Part shown: positions 1 to 9,256 of the stretch, piece after piece | Position numbering within the stretch: the stretch's first letter is position 1 | Layout: each line of letters opens with the position of its first letter | From: an uncultured Bacilli bacterium | Lineage (GTDB): Bacteria; Bacillota_I; Bacilli_A; RF39; UBA660 | Assembly: GCA_934101865.1 (NCBI GenBank) | Contig: CAKOSA010000003.1 | Coordinates: 4,940-68,939 of the forward strand | Length of the DNA: 64,000 nt | Direction of reading: 5' to 3' | Translations under genes and position numbers: made by a program | The notes under the pieces: model-generated | The model's input: the letters and a program-made list of their open reading frames with translations, nothing else | Database searches by the model: none | What the model was told of the DNA's origin: nothing

Positions 1-12
1 TATTTATATGTA

Positions 13-2256
13 TTAACAATTAATACCTTTAACTTGTAATTCTTCTGGTCCGTCGTCTTCGTCATTACTTTTTTTATCGGGTTTATTTAGTTTTCTTTTT
101 TCTAATATTAACCATAACGGGTTAGATATAAAGATTGAAGAGTATACTCCGGAAATAAATCCTACTAGTAGAGCTATATTGAAGTTTAGTATTTCGCTAG
201 CTCCAAATATTACTAGGCATATTACGGGCATTATAGTTGTTAGTGTTGTCATTAGACTTCTAAATAGTGTAAGTCGAACACTATCGTTAACGAGGTCATC
301 TAAATCTTCGTCTTTCTTAATGTTATTTTTGTATTTACTGCTATATCTTTCTCTTATCATATCGAACGTTATGATTGTATCGTTGATTGAGTAACCTATA
401 ATGGTTAGAATAGCGGCAATAAAGATTGTATCTATTTCTAGTCTGAATATACTGAAAAAGCATATTGTAATTACTACATCGTGAAGTAGTGCTATAATAC
501 CGCTAATAGCGTAGTCGAATTTAAACCTCATACTTACGTATATACATATTCCGATACTAGCAAGTATTAAACTTATAATGGCATTTTTGAGTAATTCTTT
601 CTTTACTACGTTACTTACAACATAGATATCACTATTTAGTTTATATTTATCGTTTATATTGGTTGTTAGTTTATTTATACTGTCTTTATCAAGGGTGTTA
701 TCAATTACTATGTTATATCCGTCTTTTTCTGATGATGATTTTATTATGTTATATTTGCTATCTTTTAAGTCAGATTTAATTTCATTTACTACTTTTTTAT
801 CAGTAGTATTTACGGTAATACTAGTTCCACCTGAGAAGTCTACGGCTAAATTTAATTTCTTTACACCGGTAAATATTGCTCCTACTACTATTATTAGGAT
901 TGTTAAAGCAAACATTTTGTTTTTTACTTTAACAAAGTCTAATTTTTTAAATGGTATTAGTACTTCTTTACTTTTTATGATTTTTTTCTTATTGACATTT
1001 ATAAATAGTCTTGGTTTATTATCAAAGTAACCGGTATTTACGAAGTATTTTAGTATCCATCTTACTACTACTAGCATTATAAATAGGGTTACGAGAATAC
1101 TTATTATAAGTAGAGTTGCATATCCTTTGACAGAACTTTCACCAAATATAAATAGTATTATGGCAACTATTATGGTAGTGATGTTGGCATCGAGAATACT
1201 TTTCATACTGGTTTTATTTCCTTCTTCAAAGGCCTTTTTAAGGGGAACTCCTATTTTTAATTTGTCTTTTATTCTTTCAAAACTTATTACACTAGCGTCA
1301 ACGGCCATTCCGATACCGAGAAGCATTGCGGCAATACCGGGTAGAGTTAAGACACCGTTAATTAAATGGAATACTGTAAATGTTAGTAATCCATAAAGGA
1401 GAACACCAACACCGGCTATTAATCCCGCAAAGTGGTATACGAGGGCCATTAGTATGATTACAAGGCCTATTCCTATAACACCAGCAACGAGGGTTTTATT
1501 TAAGGAGTTTGTACCAAAACTTGCTTCAACGGTTCTACTTGATAGTTCCGTTAACTTGGTTGGTAATGAACCTAAGTTAATGTTTTCAGCAAGGGTTTCG
1601 GCTTCTTCTTTGGTGAAGTTTCCTTGTATTATGACATCAGATGAGAAGGCTTGTTCTACTTTGGCAGCACTTTTACATCTGGATTCGGCGGTTCCACACT
1701 TGTTTTTTTCTTTGGAATAACTGTCCTTGTTTTCGTCATAATCGAGCCAAATAACAATTAGGTTATTCATTTTCTTTGATATTTCTCCGGTTACTTTGGA
1801 AAATGTATCGGTATCTTTAATGCTAAGACTTACGGCTGGTTTTCCGTAACTATCTTGGGTTACTTTGGCATTTCCTTTTAATACGTTACTTGTCATAAGG
1901 AGATTATCTCCGGCATCTCGAAATGATAATACGTACATTGAGGAGATTTTTTCACGGGCTTCTTGTTGAGAAGTTACACCAGCAAGTCTTATTCTTATTC
2001 TATTTTCTCCTTCTATTGATATTTCTGGTTCACTAACACCAAGGCTATCTACTCTTTTTAGAATTGATTTATATGTGTTATAGACCATATCACTATCTAG
2101 GGTTTCACCTTCAAAGGGTTCAACCTCATATAATACTTCAAAACCTCCTTGTAAATCTAATCCGTAATTGATATGATTTAGAACGGGTTTATAGAGAAAT
2201 GCACACCCTATGGCAACCATAATACATAGTATAAATCCTATAATTGTTTTTTTCAT
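13..2256 (-). CDS. secDF: Protein translocase subunit SecDF (fused SecD/SecF)
   Basis: 747-aa ORF. N-terminal TM helix, GLDLQGG SecD motif, large extracytoplasmic loop, then two 6-TM bundles (SecD half, SecF half). Confidence 0.9.
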   Translation of the reverse strand: MKKTIIGFILCIMVAIGCAFLYKPVLNHINYGLDLQGGFEVLYEVEPFEGETLDSDMVYNTYKSILKRVDSLGVSEPEISIEGENRIRIRLAGVTSQQEAREKISSMYVLSFRDAGDNLLMTSNVLKGNAKVTQDSYGKPAVSLSIKDTDTFSKVTGEISKKMNNLIVIWLDYDENKDSYSKEKNKCGTAESRCKSAAKVEQAFSSDVIIQGNFTKEEAETLAENINLGSLPTKLTELSSRTVEASFGTNSLNKTLVAGVIGIGLVIILMALVYHFAGLIAGVGVLLYGLLTFTVFHLINGVLTLPGIAAMLLGIGMAVDASVISFERIKDKLKIGVPLKKAFEEGNKTSMKSILDANITTIIVAIILFIFGESSVKGYATLLIISILVTLFIMLVVVRWILKYFVNTGYFDNKPRLFINVNKKKIIKSKEVLIPFKKLDFVKVKNKMFALTILIIVVGAIFTGVKKLNLAVDFSGGTSITVNTTDKKVVNEIKSDLKDSKYNIIKSSSEKDGYNIVIDNTLDKDSINKLTTNINDKYKLNSDIYVVSNVVKKELLKNAIISLILASIGICIYVSMRFKFDYAISGIIALLHDVVITICFFSIFRLEIDTIFIAAILTIIGYSINDTIITFDMIRERYSSKYKNNIKKDEDLDDLVNDSVRLTLFRSLMTTLTTIMPVICLVIFGASEILNFNIALLVGFISGVYSSIFISNPLWLILEKRKLNKPDKKSNDEDDGPEELQVKGINC

Positions 2257-2270
2257 TTTCTTTGTCCTTC

Positions 2271-2531
2271 CTATACAATAATCCTATCTTCGTTTTTTAT
2301 TTTGTTTTTTAAGTAATCGTTAACTTTTTCGATGTCAACGTTTATTATATCACTTGTCATATCATAGAGGGTTAGACCGACCTTTTTTCTCCAAACCATA
2401 CTTGATAAGTAATCCCATATATCTTCGTGTCTTATATATATATAGTTTTCGTGTTGGATTAGTCTTTTTTTGACTTTTAAGGCGGGAAGTAGTCTATGAT
2501 ATAGTTCTTTTTGGCTTTTGTATTCTTCCAT
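2271..2531 (-). CDS. Small cytoplasmic protein, ComN/YrzD-like post-transcriptional regulator (tentative)
   Basis: 86-aa ORF 14 nt upstream of secDF, where comN sits in Bacillus. Family resemblance judged from memory only. Confidence 0.4.
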   Translation of the reverse strand: MEEYKSQKELYHRLLPALKVKKRLIQHENYIYIRHEDIWDYLSSMVWRKKVGLTLYDMTSDIINVDIEKVNDYLKNKIKNEDRIIV

Positions 2532-2539
2532 AATTCACC

Positions 2540-3919
2540 TTAAAACTGGATTTTATTATCTATATAGTTTTTAAGGTCCTCTATTTTTAGGGTTTCTTGT
2601 TTCATTGTATCTCTATCTCTTATGGTTACGGTTCCTTCGTTTAGGGTATTTTCGTCTATGGTTATAGCAAGGGGTGTTCCGAGGGCATCGCTACGGCGAT
2701 ATCTTTTTCCGATACTTCCGGCCTCATCGTAATATACCATATAGTTTTTGGATAATTCTTTATAGAGTTCCATTGCTTTTTCGCTGTGATATTTTTTTAC
2801 AAGTGGTAATATGGTTACTTTATATGGAGCGAGGAAGGGATGGAATTTCATTACTTCTCTTGTGGTTCCGTCTTCTAGTTCTTCTTCTCTATAACTATCG
2901 CATAGTATGGTTAATATACATCTTTCTACACCTACGGATGGTTCTATTACATAAGGAATATATTTTTCGTTCGTTTCGGGATCTAGGTATTCCATACTTT
3001 TTCCGGATACTCTTTGGTGACTGGATAAATCGTAATTGGTACGTGATGCTACACCCCATAATTCACCCCAACCGAATGGGAAGTGGTATTCTATATCGGT
3101 TGTTGCGTTACTGTAAAAACTTAATTCTTCCTTGGAATGATCTCTTAATCTTAATTTATCTTTATTTATTCCTAAGCTTAATAGGTAGTTATAGCAATAG
3201 TCTTTATAGTATTTATGCCAATCTAGTTCTGTTCCGGGTTTACAGAAGAATTCTAGTTCCATTTGTTCAAATTCTCTTACTCTGAATATGAAATTACCTG
3301 GGGTTATCTCATTTCGGAAACTTTTTCCGATTTGGCCTATTCCAAATGGTACTTTTAGACGCATACTTCTTTGGACGTTAAGGAAATCAGCGAATATTCC
3401 TTGGGCTGTTTCAGGTCTTAAATAGACGGTATTCTTGGCATCTTCGGTTACGCCTTGGAATGTTTTGAACATTAGATTGAACTGTCTTATGTCGGTAAAA
3501 TTGCTTTTACCGCATTTTGGACAAGGTATTTTCTTGTCTCTTATATAGTTTATCATTTCTTCTTCGGTCATACCGTCGCCCATTTCAGAGTTAGTGAACT
3601 CATCAATTAGTTTATCGGCTCTGTGTCTTGTTTTGCATTCTTTACAATCGATAAGGGGGTCGGTAAAGGTTTTTAAGTGTCCTGATGCTTCCCAAGTTTT
3701 GGGGTTCATAAGGATAGCACTATCTAAACCGACATTGTAGGGATTTTCTTGAATGAATTTTTTTAGCCACGCTTTTTTGACGTTTTCTTTCAAGAGGGCT
3801 CCTACGGGACCGTAATCCCAAGTATTGGCTAGTCCGCCATATATTTCACTTCCTTGGAATATGAAACCGTATTGTTTACAGTAGTTTACTAATTTTTCCA
3901 TATTTATATTATCTTTCAT
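2540..3919 (-). CDS. glyQS: Glycine--tRNA ligase (dimeric class II GlyRS)
   Basis: 459-aa ORF. N-terminus [24 protein letters not shown] and class II motifs are typical of GlyQS. ATG at 3919 overlaps the upstream gene by 11 nt. Confidence 0.95.
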   Translation of the reverse strand: MKDNINMEKLVNYCKQYGFIFQGSEIYGGLANTWDYGPVGALLKENVKKAWLKKFIQENPYNVGLDSAILMNPKTWEASGHLKTFTDPLIDCKECKTRHRADKLIDEFTNSEMGDGMTEEEMINYIRDKKIPCPKCGKSNFTDIRQFNLMFKTFQGVTEDAKNTVYLRPETAQGIFADFLNVQRSMRLKVPFGIGQIGKSFRNEITPGNFIFRVREFEQMELEFFCKPGTELDWHKYYKDYCYNYLLSLGINKDKLRLRDHSKEELSFYSNATTDIEYHFPFGWGELWGVASRTNYDLSSHQRVSGKSMEYLDPETNEKYIPYVIEPSVGVERCILTILCDSYREEELEDGTTREVMKFHPFLAPYKVTILPLVKKYHSEKAMELYKELSKNYMVYYDEAGSIGKRYRRSDALGTPLAITIDENTLNEGTVTIRDRDTMKQETLKIEDLKNYIDNKIQF

Positions 3920-4448
3920 TGTCTATTCCTTCTTTCACATTCTTTATTATATCACGAGTATTGGTTAAAACACAAATATTTTTCATAATATCTTCACTAA
4001 ATTTTTCTTTTTCTAACATTTTTATGGTGTTTATAACATTATCGTAGAACCCATCTTCATTATATATAATGAGTTTATTTGTTAGGTTATAAGTTCTTTT
4101 TAAGTCGATAGCACAAAAAAGTTCCTGATAGGTTCCTATTCCACCAGGCAAGAAGAGCCATATATCAGCACTTTGTAGTAACGCTTTTGTTCTATCTATA
4201 ATGGTATCACATATTATGGTGTTATCGCATTTTATATTGGTACCATAAATGGGTGTGTTATAGCCTGATACTTTTTTTTCATTATTTATAAAGGCTTTAT
4301 AGAGCCGGCCCATACTTCCTTCATCGCTATAACCGAAAAGGAGTTCGATACCGTCAATGTTTGATAGTTCTTGGCCTAAGTTACTTGCTTCTTCGAGGTG
4401 TTTTTTATTTATTTTTTCACTTGAAGAGCAGCCTATAAATATTTTCAT
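3909..4448 (-). CDS. LOG/TIGR00730-family Rossmann-fold protein (lysine-decarboxylase-like, possible nucleotide phosphoribohydrolase)
   Basis: 179 aa with the [10 protein letters not shown] motif (PGGxGTxxE) characteristic of the LOG family. Confidence 0.8.
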   Translation of the reverse strand: MKIFIGCSSSEKINKKHLEEASNLGQELSNIDGIELLFGYSDEGSMGRLYKAFINNEKKVSGYNTPIYGTNIKCDNTIICDTIIDRTKALLQSADIWLFLPGGIGTYQELFCAIDLKRTYNLTNKLIIYNEDGFYDNVINTIKMLEKEKFSEDIMKNICVLTNTRDIIKNVKEGIDNER

Positions 4449-4912
4449 TATCTTCCCTTCCCTCTTTTCTCTTCGTTATAGTTTAGGTATATTTCTTCTT
4501 CTTTTTTCTTATCTATTTCCATTAGTCTATATTTTAGATTATCGATAATGATTTGGATTTTTTTTAGGGTTAGTTTTTCGTAGGTATGACCGAGATATTT
4601 TACATACATATTTATTATTTTTATTCTTAGTTTTTCGGCTTCGATAAGGCTTTTTTCGATAGCTCCTTCGTCATCACCGTTTTCATCCATATATTCTAGT
4701 TTTTTTAGGAGAAGATTTATTTTGTATTCTATTTTTCTTCTAATTACTTTTTCACTGAAATCGGGTGAGATGAAAACGATTTTATCGACGTCGATAGCTC
4801 CTTTTCCTCTTACTTTGGGACTGACGTTATAGCCTTCTTCGTCTTTATATATTAGATTTATGGTACCGTTATAGTTTTGTTCTTTGCATAAATAGTATTT
4901 ATTCTTTTTCAT
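4448..4912 (-). CDS. Hypothetical K/E-rich protein
   Basis: 154-aa ORF packed between trmD (14-nt overlap) and the LOG gene (TAATG overlap). No motif recognised. Confidence 0.5.
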   Translation of the reverse strand: MKKNKYYLCKEQNYNGTINLIYKDEEGYNVSPKVRGKGAIDVDKIVFISPDFSEKVIRRKIEYKINLLLKKLEYMDENGDDEGAIEKSLIEAEKLRIKIINMYVKYLGHTYEKLTLKKIQIIIDNLKYRLMEIDKKKEEEIYLNYNEEKRGKGR

Positions 4913-5582
4913 TGTTTTCCCCCTTTAATAAATCTGGTCGCATCTCTTTGGTTCTTTTTATTTGCATTTCTTTGCGGTATTCTTCAATTAGTTTGTGGTT
5001 ACCGTTAGTTAGGACTTCGGGAACGGTGTAGCCACGGAAATTTCTGGGTTTGGTATAGACGGGATAGTCTAAGAGGTTGTTTGTAAAGGAGTCGTTGGTG
5101 AAACTGTCTTCTTTTATTACTCCTGGTAGTAGTCTAACTATGCTATCGATTATGGCCATTGCGGGTACTTCACCACCAGTTAGGACAAAGTCACCGATAC
5201 TTATGACTTCATCTACATAGTTTCGTATTCTATCGTCGAAGCCTTCATAATGACCGCAAACGAAAATTAAATGGGTATTATTCTTTAATTCAAAGGCTTT
5301 TTTTTCATTGTATACGGCCCCCGTAGGGCACAATAATATAACACGGGTATCATCGCCTTTTAAGTCCTGAATGGCATCGACAATGGGTTGGCACATTAGT
5401 ACCATTCCGGCTCCTCCTCCATAAGGGGTGTCGTCGACGCGGTTGTTTTTGTCCTCGGTATAGTCGCGGAAATTTATGATATTTATGTCCACTTTTGCCA
5501 TTTCGCGGGCACGTTTTATTATGGATTCGTTTATAAAGCCCTCGAACATAGTTGGGAAAAGGGTTAGTACATCTATTCTCAC
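4899..5582 (-). CDS. trmD: tRNA (guanine37-N1)-methyltransferase
   Basis: 227 aa. MRIDVLTLFPTMFEGF N-terminus, GGGAGMVL and GHYEGFDDR motifs. GTG start overlaps the rimM TAG stop. Confidence 0.95.
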   Translation of the reverse strand: MRIDVLTLFPTMFEGFINESIIKRAREMAKVDINIINFRDYTEDKNNRVDDTPYGGGAGMVLMCQPIVDAIQDLKGDDTRVILLCPTGAVYNEKKAFELKNNTHLIFVCGHYEGFDDRIRNYVDEVISIGDFVLTGGEVPAMAIIDSIVRLLPGVIKEDSFTNDSFTNNLLDYPVYTKPRNFRGYTVPEVLTNGNHKLIEEYRKEMQIKRTKEMRPDLLKGENNEKE

Positions 5583-6073
5583 TACAATAGTCCCTCCAAT
5601 TCTTTTATGGTTATCTGGCCATTTTCTAAGTCGATGTTCTTTATTATATCAAAATTATACGGAATATAAAAGTCTTTTTCGGTATTATTTACGAGAAAGA
5701 GGTTATTTTTGCTATATCTTACGATTTTTTTTACTTTGCCGATATTTTTTCCGTTCATAATTATGTCTTTACCGATTAGGTCTTCGTCGAGGTATTCGTG
5801 GTTACCTAGAACAAGGTCGGCTTTATTTATGAATACGTACTGGCCTTTGTATTTGAGGACGTCATTTATGTTATCTAGGTCGTTCATTTTAATCATATCA
5901 AACATTTTGTGGGGGCGATAAGTGGTTATTTCTTTTTCTTCTTTGGATTTGCCGATATATATTTTCATTCCTGCTTTGAATACTTTTGATTTATAGGGGA
6001 AGTCGGAGAGAATTCTTACTTCGCCTTTGATGCCGTGGGTATTTACTATCTTTCCTATTATTACGTATTTCAT
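5582..6073 (-). CDS. rimM: 16S rRNA processing protein RimM
   Basis: 163 aa. IGKIVNTHGIKGEVRI N-terminal motif, and position directly upstream of trmD. Confidence 0.9.
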   Translation of the reverse strand: MKYVIIGKIVNTHGIKGEVRILSDFPYKSKVFKAGMKIYIGKSKEEKEITTYRPHKMFDMIKMNDLDNINDVLKYKGQYVFINKADLVLGNHEYLDEDLIGKDIIMNGKNIGKVKKIVRYSKNNLFLVNNTEKDFYIPYNFDIIKNIDLENGQITIKELEGLL

Positions 6074-6801
6074 TTGTTAGCCACCTCGTACATTATTATA
6101 CTAGCGGCCACGGAGGCGTTTAGGCTTTCACAATCTTTATTCATATTTATATAGATGTTTTTATCGCATAGTTGTTCAAGAGTTGGGCTCATTCCTTGGC
6201 CTTCGTTACCGATAATGATAGCGTATTCTTTATGGGTATTTATATTTTTGATATTTTCGCCGGTTCTGACACTGGTTCCGAGTACTTCATAGCCCATATT
6301 TTTGAGGTCTTTTATAGTTTGCACTAAATCTTCTTTAATGATGATATTGGTATGGAAGATCATTCCTTGGGTTGCTCTTAGGACTTTATCGTTATAGACG
6401 TCGACACAGCCTTTATTTATTATTATGGTTGCGAAGTTAAAGGCTTTGGCACTTCTTATTATTGTACCGAGATTACCGGGGTCTTGGAGGTTTTCGAGGA
6501 TGATGGTGTTGCCGGTTATGGGTTCGGTGGTTCGTTTTCGTACCACAGCTATTATAGGGGGAATACTATCCATTTGTGATAGTTTTTTCATTACAGGGGG
6601 GGTTACGGATATGGTTTTTTTAGTGGTTTCATAAAGCTCGCCTTCTAAGAGGATTATTTCTTCGATGAGATCTTGTTTTTGGGCCTCTTCGACGAGGTGG
6701 TATCCGCATACTAGATATGTGCTGGTTTCATCACGGTATTTTTTGTGATGGAGACGGCATATTTTTTTGACATAATTGTTATTGGTTGAACTTATTAGCA
6801 T
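6070..6801 (-). CDS. TrmH/SpoU-family RNA 2'-O-methyltransferase
   Basis: 243 aa. LENLQDPGNLGTIIRSA, IIIGNEGQGMS and ESLNASVAASI SpoU motifs. ATGA overlap with rimM. Confidence 0.85.
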   Translation of the reverse strand: MLISSTNNNYVKKICRLHHKKYRDETSTYLVCGYHLVEEAQKQDLIEEIILLEGELYETTKKTISVTPPVMKKLSQMDSIPPIIAVVRKRTTEPITGNTIILENLQDPGNLGTIIRSAKAFNFATIIINKGCVDVYNDKVLRATQGMIFHTNIIIKEDLVQTIKDLKNMGYEVLGTSVRTGENIKNINTHKEYAIIIGNEGQGMSPTLEQLCDKNIYINMNKDCESLNASVAASIIMYEVANK

Positions 6802-6936
6802 AATACTTCTCTCTCTTTCTTAATCATAATTATAACAAAATAATGGTTATTAGTAAAGGTTTTAGGGGGGAATTTTTTGGTTTTTTTAGGGGTCCTATTG
6901 GGGGCAGGGATATAGAAAAACTAATATATTTCTATA

Positions 6937-8457
6937 CTAGTTTGTTATGAGGACTTCACCTGTCATTTCCTTTGGTATTTCAAGATTTAATAGTTTTAAC
7001 ATAGTTGGGGCAACATCGGCGAGTTTTCCTTCTTTTAGAGTTAGGCCTTGTTTGGTTATAATGCAGGGAACGGGATTAGTGGTGTGAGAGGTTACGGGGT
7101 TATGGTTTTCGTCCCACATTACATCGCAGTTACCGTGGTCAGCTATTATAATAAGGATGCCTCCTAGTTCTTCGACTACTTTCTTATATATTTTTCCAAG
7201 GCATTCATCCATACATTCAACGGCTTTGACGGCGGCGTCATATACTCCGGTATGGCCGACCATATCGCCGTTAGCTAAATTCATTATGGTTACGTCATAA
7301 TTTTCTACTTCATCAAGGAAGGCGTCGGTTACTTCATAGACACTCATTTCAGGTTTTAAATCGTAGGTTGCTACTTTGGGAGAGGGTATGAGAATTTTTT
7401 TCATATCGTTATATTCTACTTCTTTGCCACCGTCAAAAAAGAAGGTTACGTGGGGGTATTTTTCGGTTTCAGCAATACGAAGTTGACTAAGGCCTTGTTT
7501 ATGTAGATATTCTCCTAATATATTTTTCAAATTTTGGTCATTAAATATATGGGGTGAAGTTACCGTACTTGTTACGGGAAACATTGTTAATGTATAAAGG
7601 TCTTCATAATGAATAACGTTTAAATCCTTGATTTTAGCCACTTCTTCGTACGCACTTGGATTTGATAAGAGAGTAAATAGTTCTCTTAGTCTATCTTTAC
7701 GGAAGTTAAATGTTAGTACTCCGTCCCCATTTTTTAAAGGGCATTTATGGATAAGTGCTGGTTCGATAAATTCGTCAGTTTTTCCATTTCTGTAAGATGT
7801 TTCTAACAGTTTTTGAAAATCTGCATACTCTTTACCGACGCCATTACATATGGCATCATAGGCTAATTTTAATCTATCATAGTTATTATCTCTATCCATT
7901 GCATAATATCTGCCACTTATAGTTGCGATTTGGCCCCCTACTTCGTTTAATTTCTTATCTAATATAGATAAATATTTTTGGGCACTTTTTTCATAAGTAT
8001 CTCTACCGTCTGTGAAAACATCGATATAGATATTTTGGACATTATTTTCTTTACATATATCTAATATGGCTAATAAGTGATTAAGGTGAGAATGGATACC
8101 ACCATCACTAAGAAGGCCCATTATGTGTAAATTAGAATTATTTTTCTTAACGTGGTTTAATAGTTTTAGTAATTCTTCGTTTTGGCCTAATTCTTTATTT
8201 CTAACCGCTTTATTTATGGCCTCTAAGGGTTGGAGAGCTATTCTTCCGGCTCCGATATTCATATGACCGACTTCACTTGTTCCCATTTGCCCATCGGGTA
8301 AACCTACAAAAGGGCCACTGGCATTTAGCTTTGTATGGGGATAGGTGTTTACTAAATAGTCGAATGTTTGTTTGTGAGCGTTTTTGAAGGCATTGCCGTC
8401 GGTTTCTTTTCTTAGACCACAGCCATCTAATATACATAGTACCATTTTTTGTTTCAT
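6937..8457 (-). CDS. gpmI: 2,3-bisphosphoglycerate-independent phosphoglycerate mutase
   Basis: 506 aa. Collinear with Bacillus GpmI: LDGCGL, GQMGTSEVGHMNIGAGR, RIAETEKYPHVTFFFDGG, ADHGN. Confidence 0.95.
   Translation of the reverse strand: MKQKMVLCILDGCGLRKETDGNAFKNAHKQTFDYLVNTYPHTKLNASGPFVGLPDGQMGTSEVGHMNIGAGRIALQPLEAINKAVRNKELGQNEELLKLLNHVKKNNSNLHIMGLLSDGGIHSHLNHLLAILDICKENNVQNIYIDVFTDGRDTYEKSAQKYLSILDKKLNEVGGQIATISGRYYAMDRDNNYDRLKLAYDAICNGVGKEYADFQKLLETSYRNGKTDEFIEPALIHKCPLKNGDGVLTFNFRKDRLRELFTLLSNPSAYEEVAKIKDLNVIHYEDLYTLTMFPVTSTVTSPHIFNDQNLKNILGEYLHKQGLSQLRIAETEKYPHVTFFFDGGKEVEYNDMKKILIPSPKVATYDLKPEMSVYEVTDAFLDEVENYDVTIMNLANGDMVGHTGVYDAAVKAVECMDECLGKIYKKVVEELGGILIIIADHGNCDVMWDENHNPVTSHTTNPVPCIITKQGLTLKEGKLADVAPTMLKLLNLEIPKEMTGEVLITN
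7807..7825. repeat. Intragenic copy of the palindromic motif CAGTTTTTGAAAATCTGCA (in gpmI)
   Basis: Read directly. Encodes ADFQKL on the coding strand, in a region of GpmI that differs from the Bacillus sequence. Confidence 0.8.
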
Positions 8458-8510
8458 AAAATTTCTCCTTTTCTATACTACATAAGATTAATATATCACA
8501 TTTTTTTTAT

Positions 8511-9071
8511 TTAGTAAATATCATTAGGGAGTAATTCTTCTAAATATTTTAGGACTTCTTTTTTGGAGTGTTTCTTGGGATTTCTTAAATAGTCAAGGCC
8601 AACACTGATTAGTGCCCCAATATAGAATTTGGAAATGAAATCAGAGGGTATGTCTGTATGTTTGGTTTCGGTTAAGTTGCTGGCAATATCGGTTTCGATG
8701 GTATCGGTTATCATATCCATAACGATGCTATTTTTATTATTCTTTATGATAGCGGAATAGACTTTTATGTTATCGTCGATATGAGTTAGTAATAGTTCAA
8801 TTAGTTTTAGGTAGTATTCTTTGGTATTGGCTTCGTTTTCGTTTTTATCAAGGGTTTCGATGAGGGATGTTCTTAAATCTTGAATTAGGGAATATAGAAG
8901 ATCGTATTTGTCTTCGAAATGGGTATAAAATGTTGAACGATTTACGAGGGCTTTTTCGCAAATGTCTCTTACCTTTATTTCCTCGAATGGTTTATCTTTC
9001 ATATTTAGAAGTAAGCTTCCATATAGGTTTCTTTTTGTTTTTATTACTCTTAAATCTTGTTTATTATTCAT
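8511..9071 (-). CDS. TetR/AcrR-family transcriptional regulator
   Basis: N-terminal HTH (FEEIKVRDICEKALVNRSTFYTHFEDKYDL). Start moved to the ATG at 9071, which has a GGTGA SD. Divergent from the MMPL gene. Confidence 0.85.
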   Translation of the reverse strand: MNNKQDLRVIKTKRNLYGSLLLNMKDKPFEEIKVRDICEKALVNRSTFYTHFEDKYDLLYSLIQDLRTSLIETLDKNENEANTKEYYLKLIELLLTHIDDNIKVYSAIIKNNKNSIVMDMITDTIETDIASNLTETKHTDIPSDFISKFYIGALISVGLDYLRNPKKHSKKEVLKYLEELLPNDIY

Positions 9072-9143
9072 AATTATCACCAAGGACATTGTATTATAAA
9101 TTGATGTGTTTGTCAACATTTTATTTTTAAACAACAAGTATAT

Positions 9144-9185
9144 GGATAATTAACAATACACAAGTTAGATAAGTGTCTATTATCC
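9144..9185. promoter_or_regulatory. Imperfect inverted repeat in the TetR/MMPL divergent intergenic region (candidate TetR operator)
   Basis: GGATAAT..ACAC-N11-GTGT..ATTATCC nested palindrome between the divergent genes. Confidence 0.3.
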
Positions 9186-9256
9186 GACATATTTTTAGAG
9201 TTGGTCTTCTACTTTTATTTGTTTTGGAATAGAATATTTAAGCAAGGAGGGAAAAT

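Noticed and set aside
3920-4000. Expected T-box leaders upstream of glyQS and gltX.
   Set aside because: glyQS overlaps the upstream LOG gene by 11 nt and gltX starts 27 nt after tRNA-Gln. There is no room for a T-box and no AGAGA/GNUGGUA-type conserved boxes were seen.
6863-6912. G-runs (G6, G4, G5, G3) considered as a G-quadruplex.
   Set aside because: The first loop would be 18 nt, which is outside canonical G4 loop lengths. It is reported only as a shared-motif curiosity.
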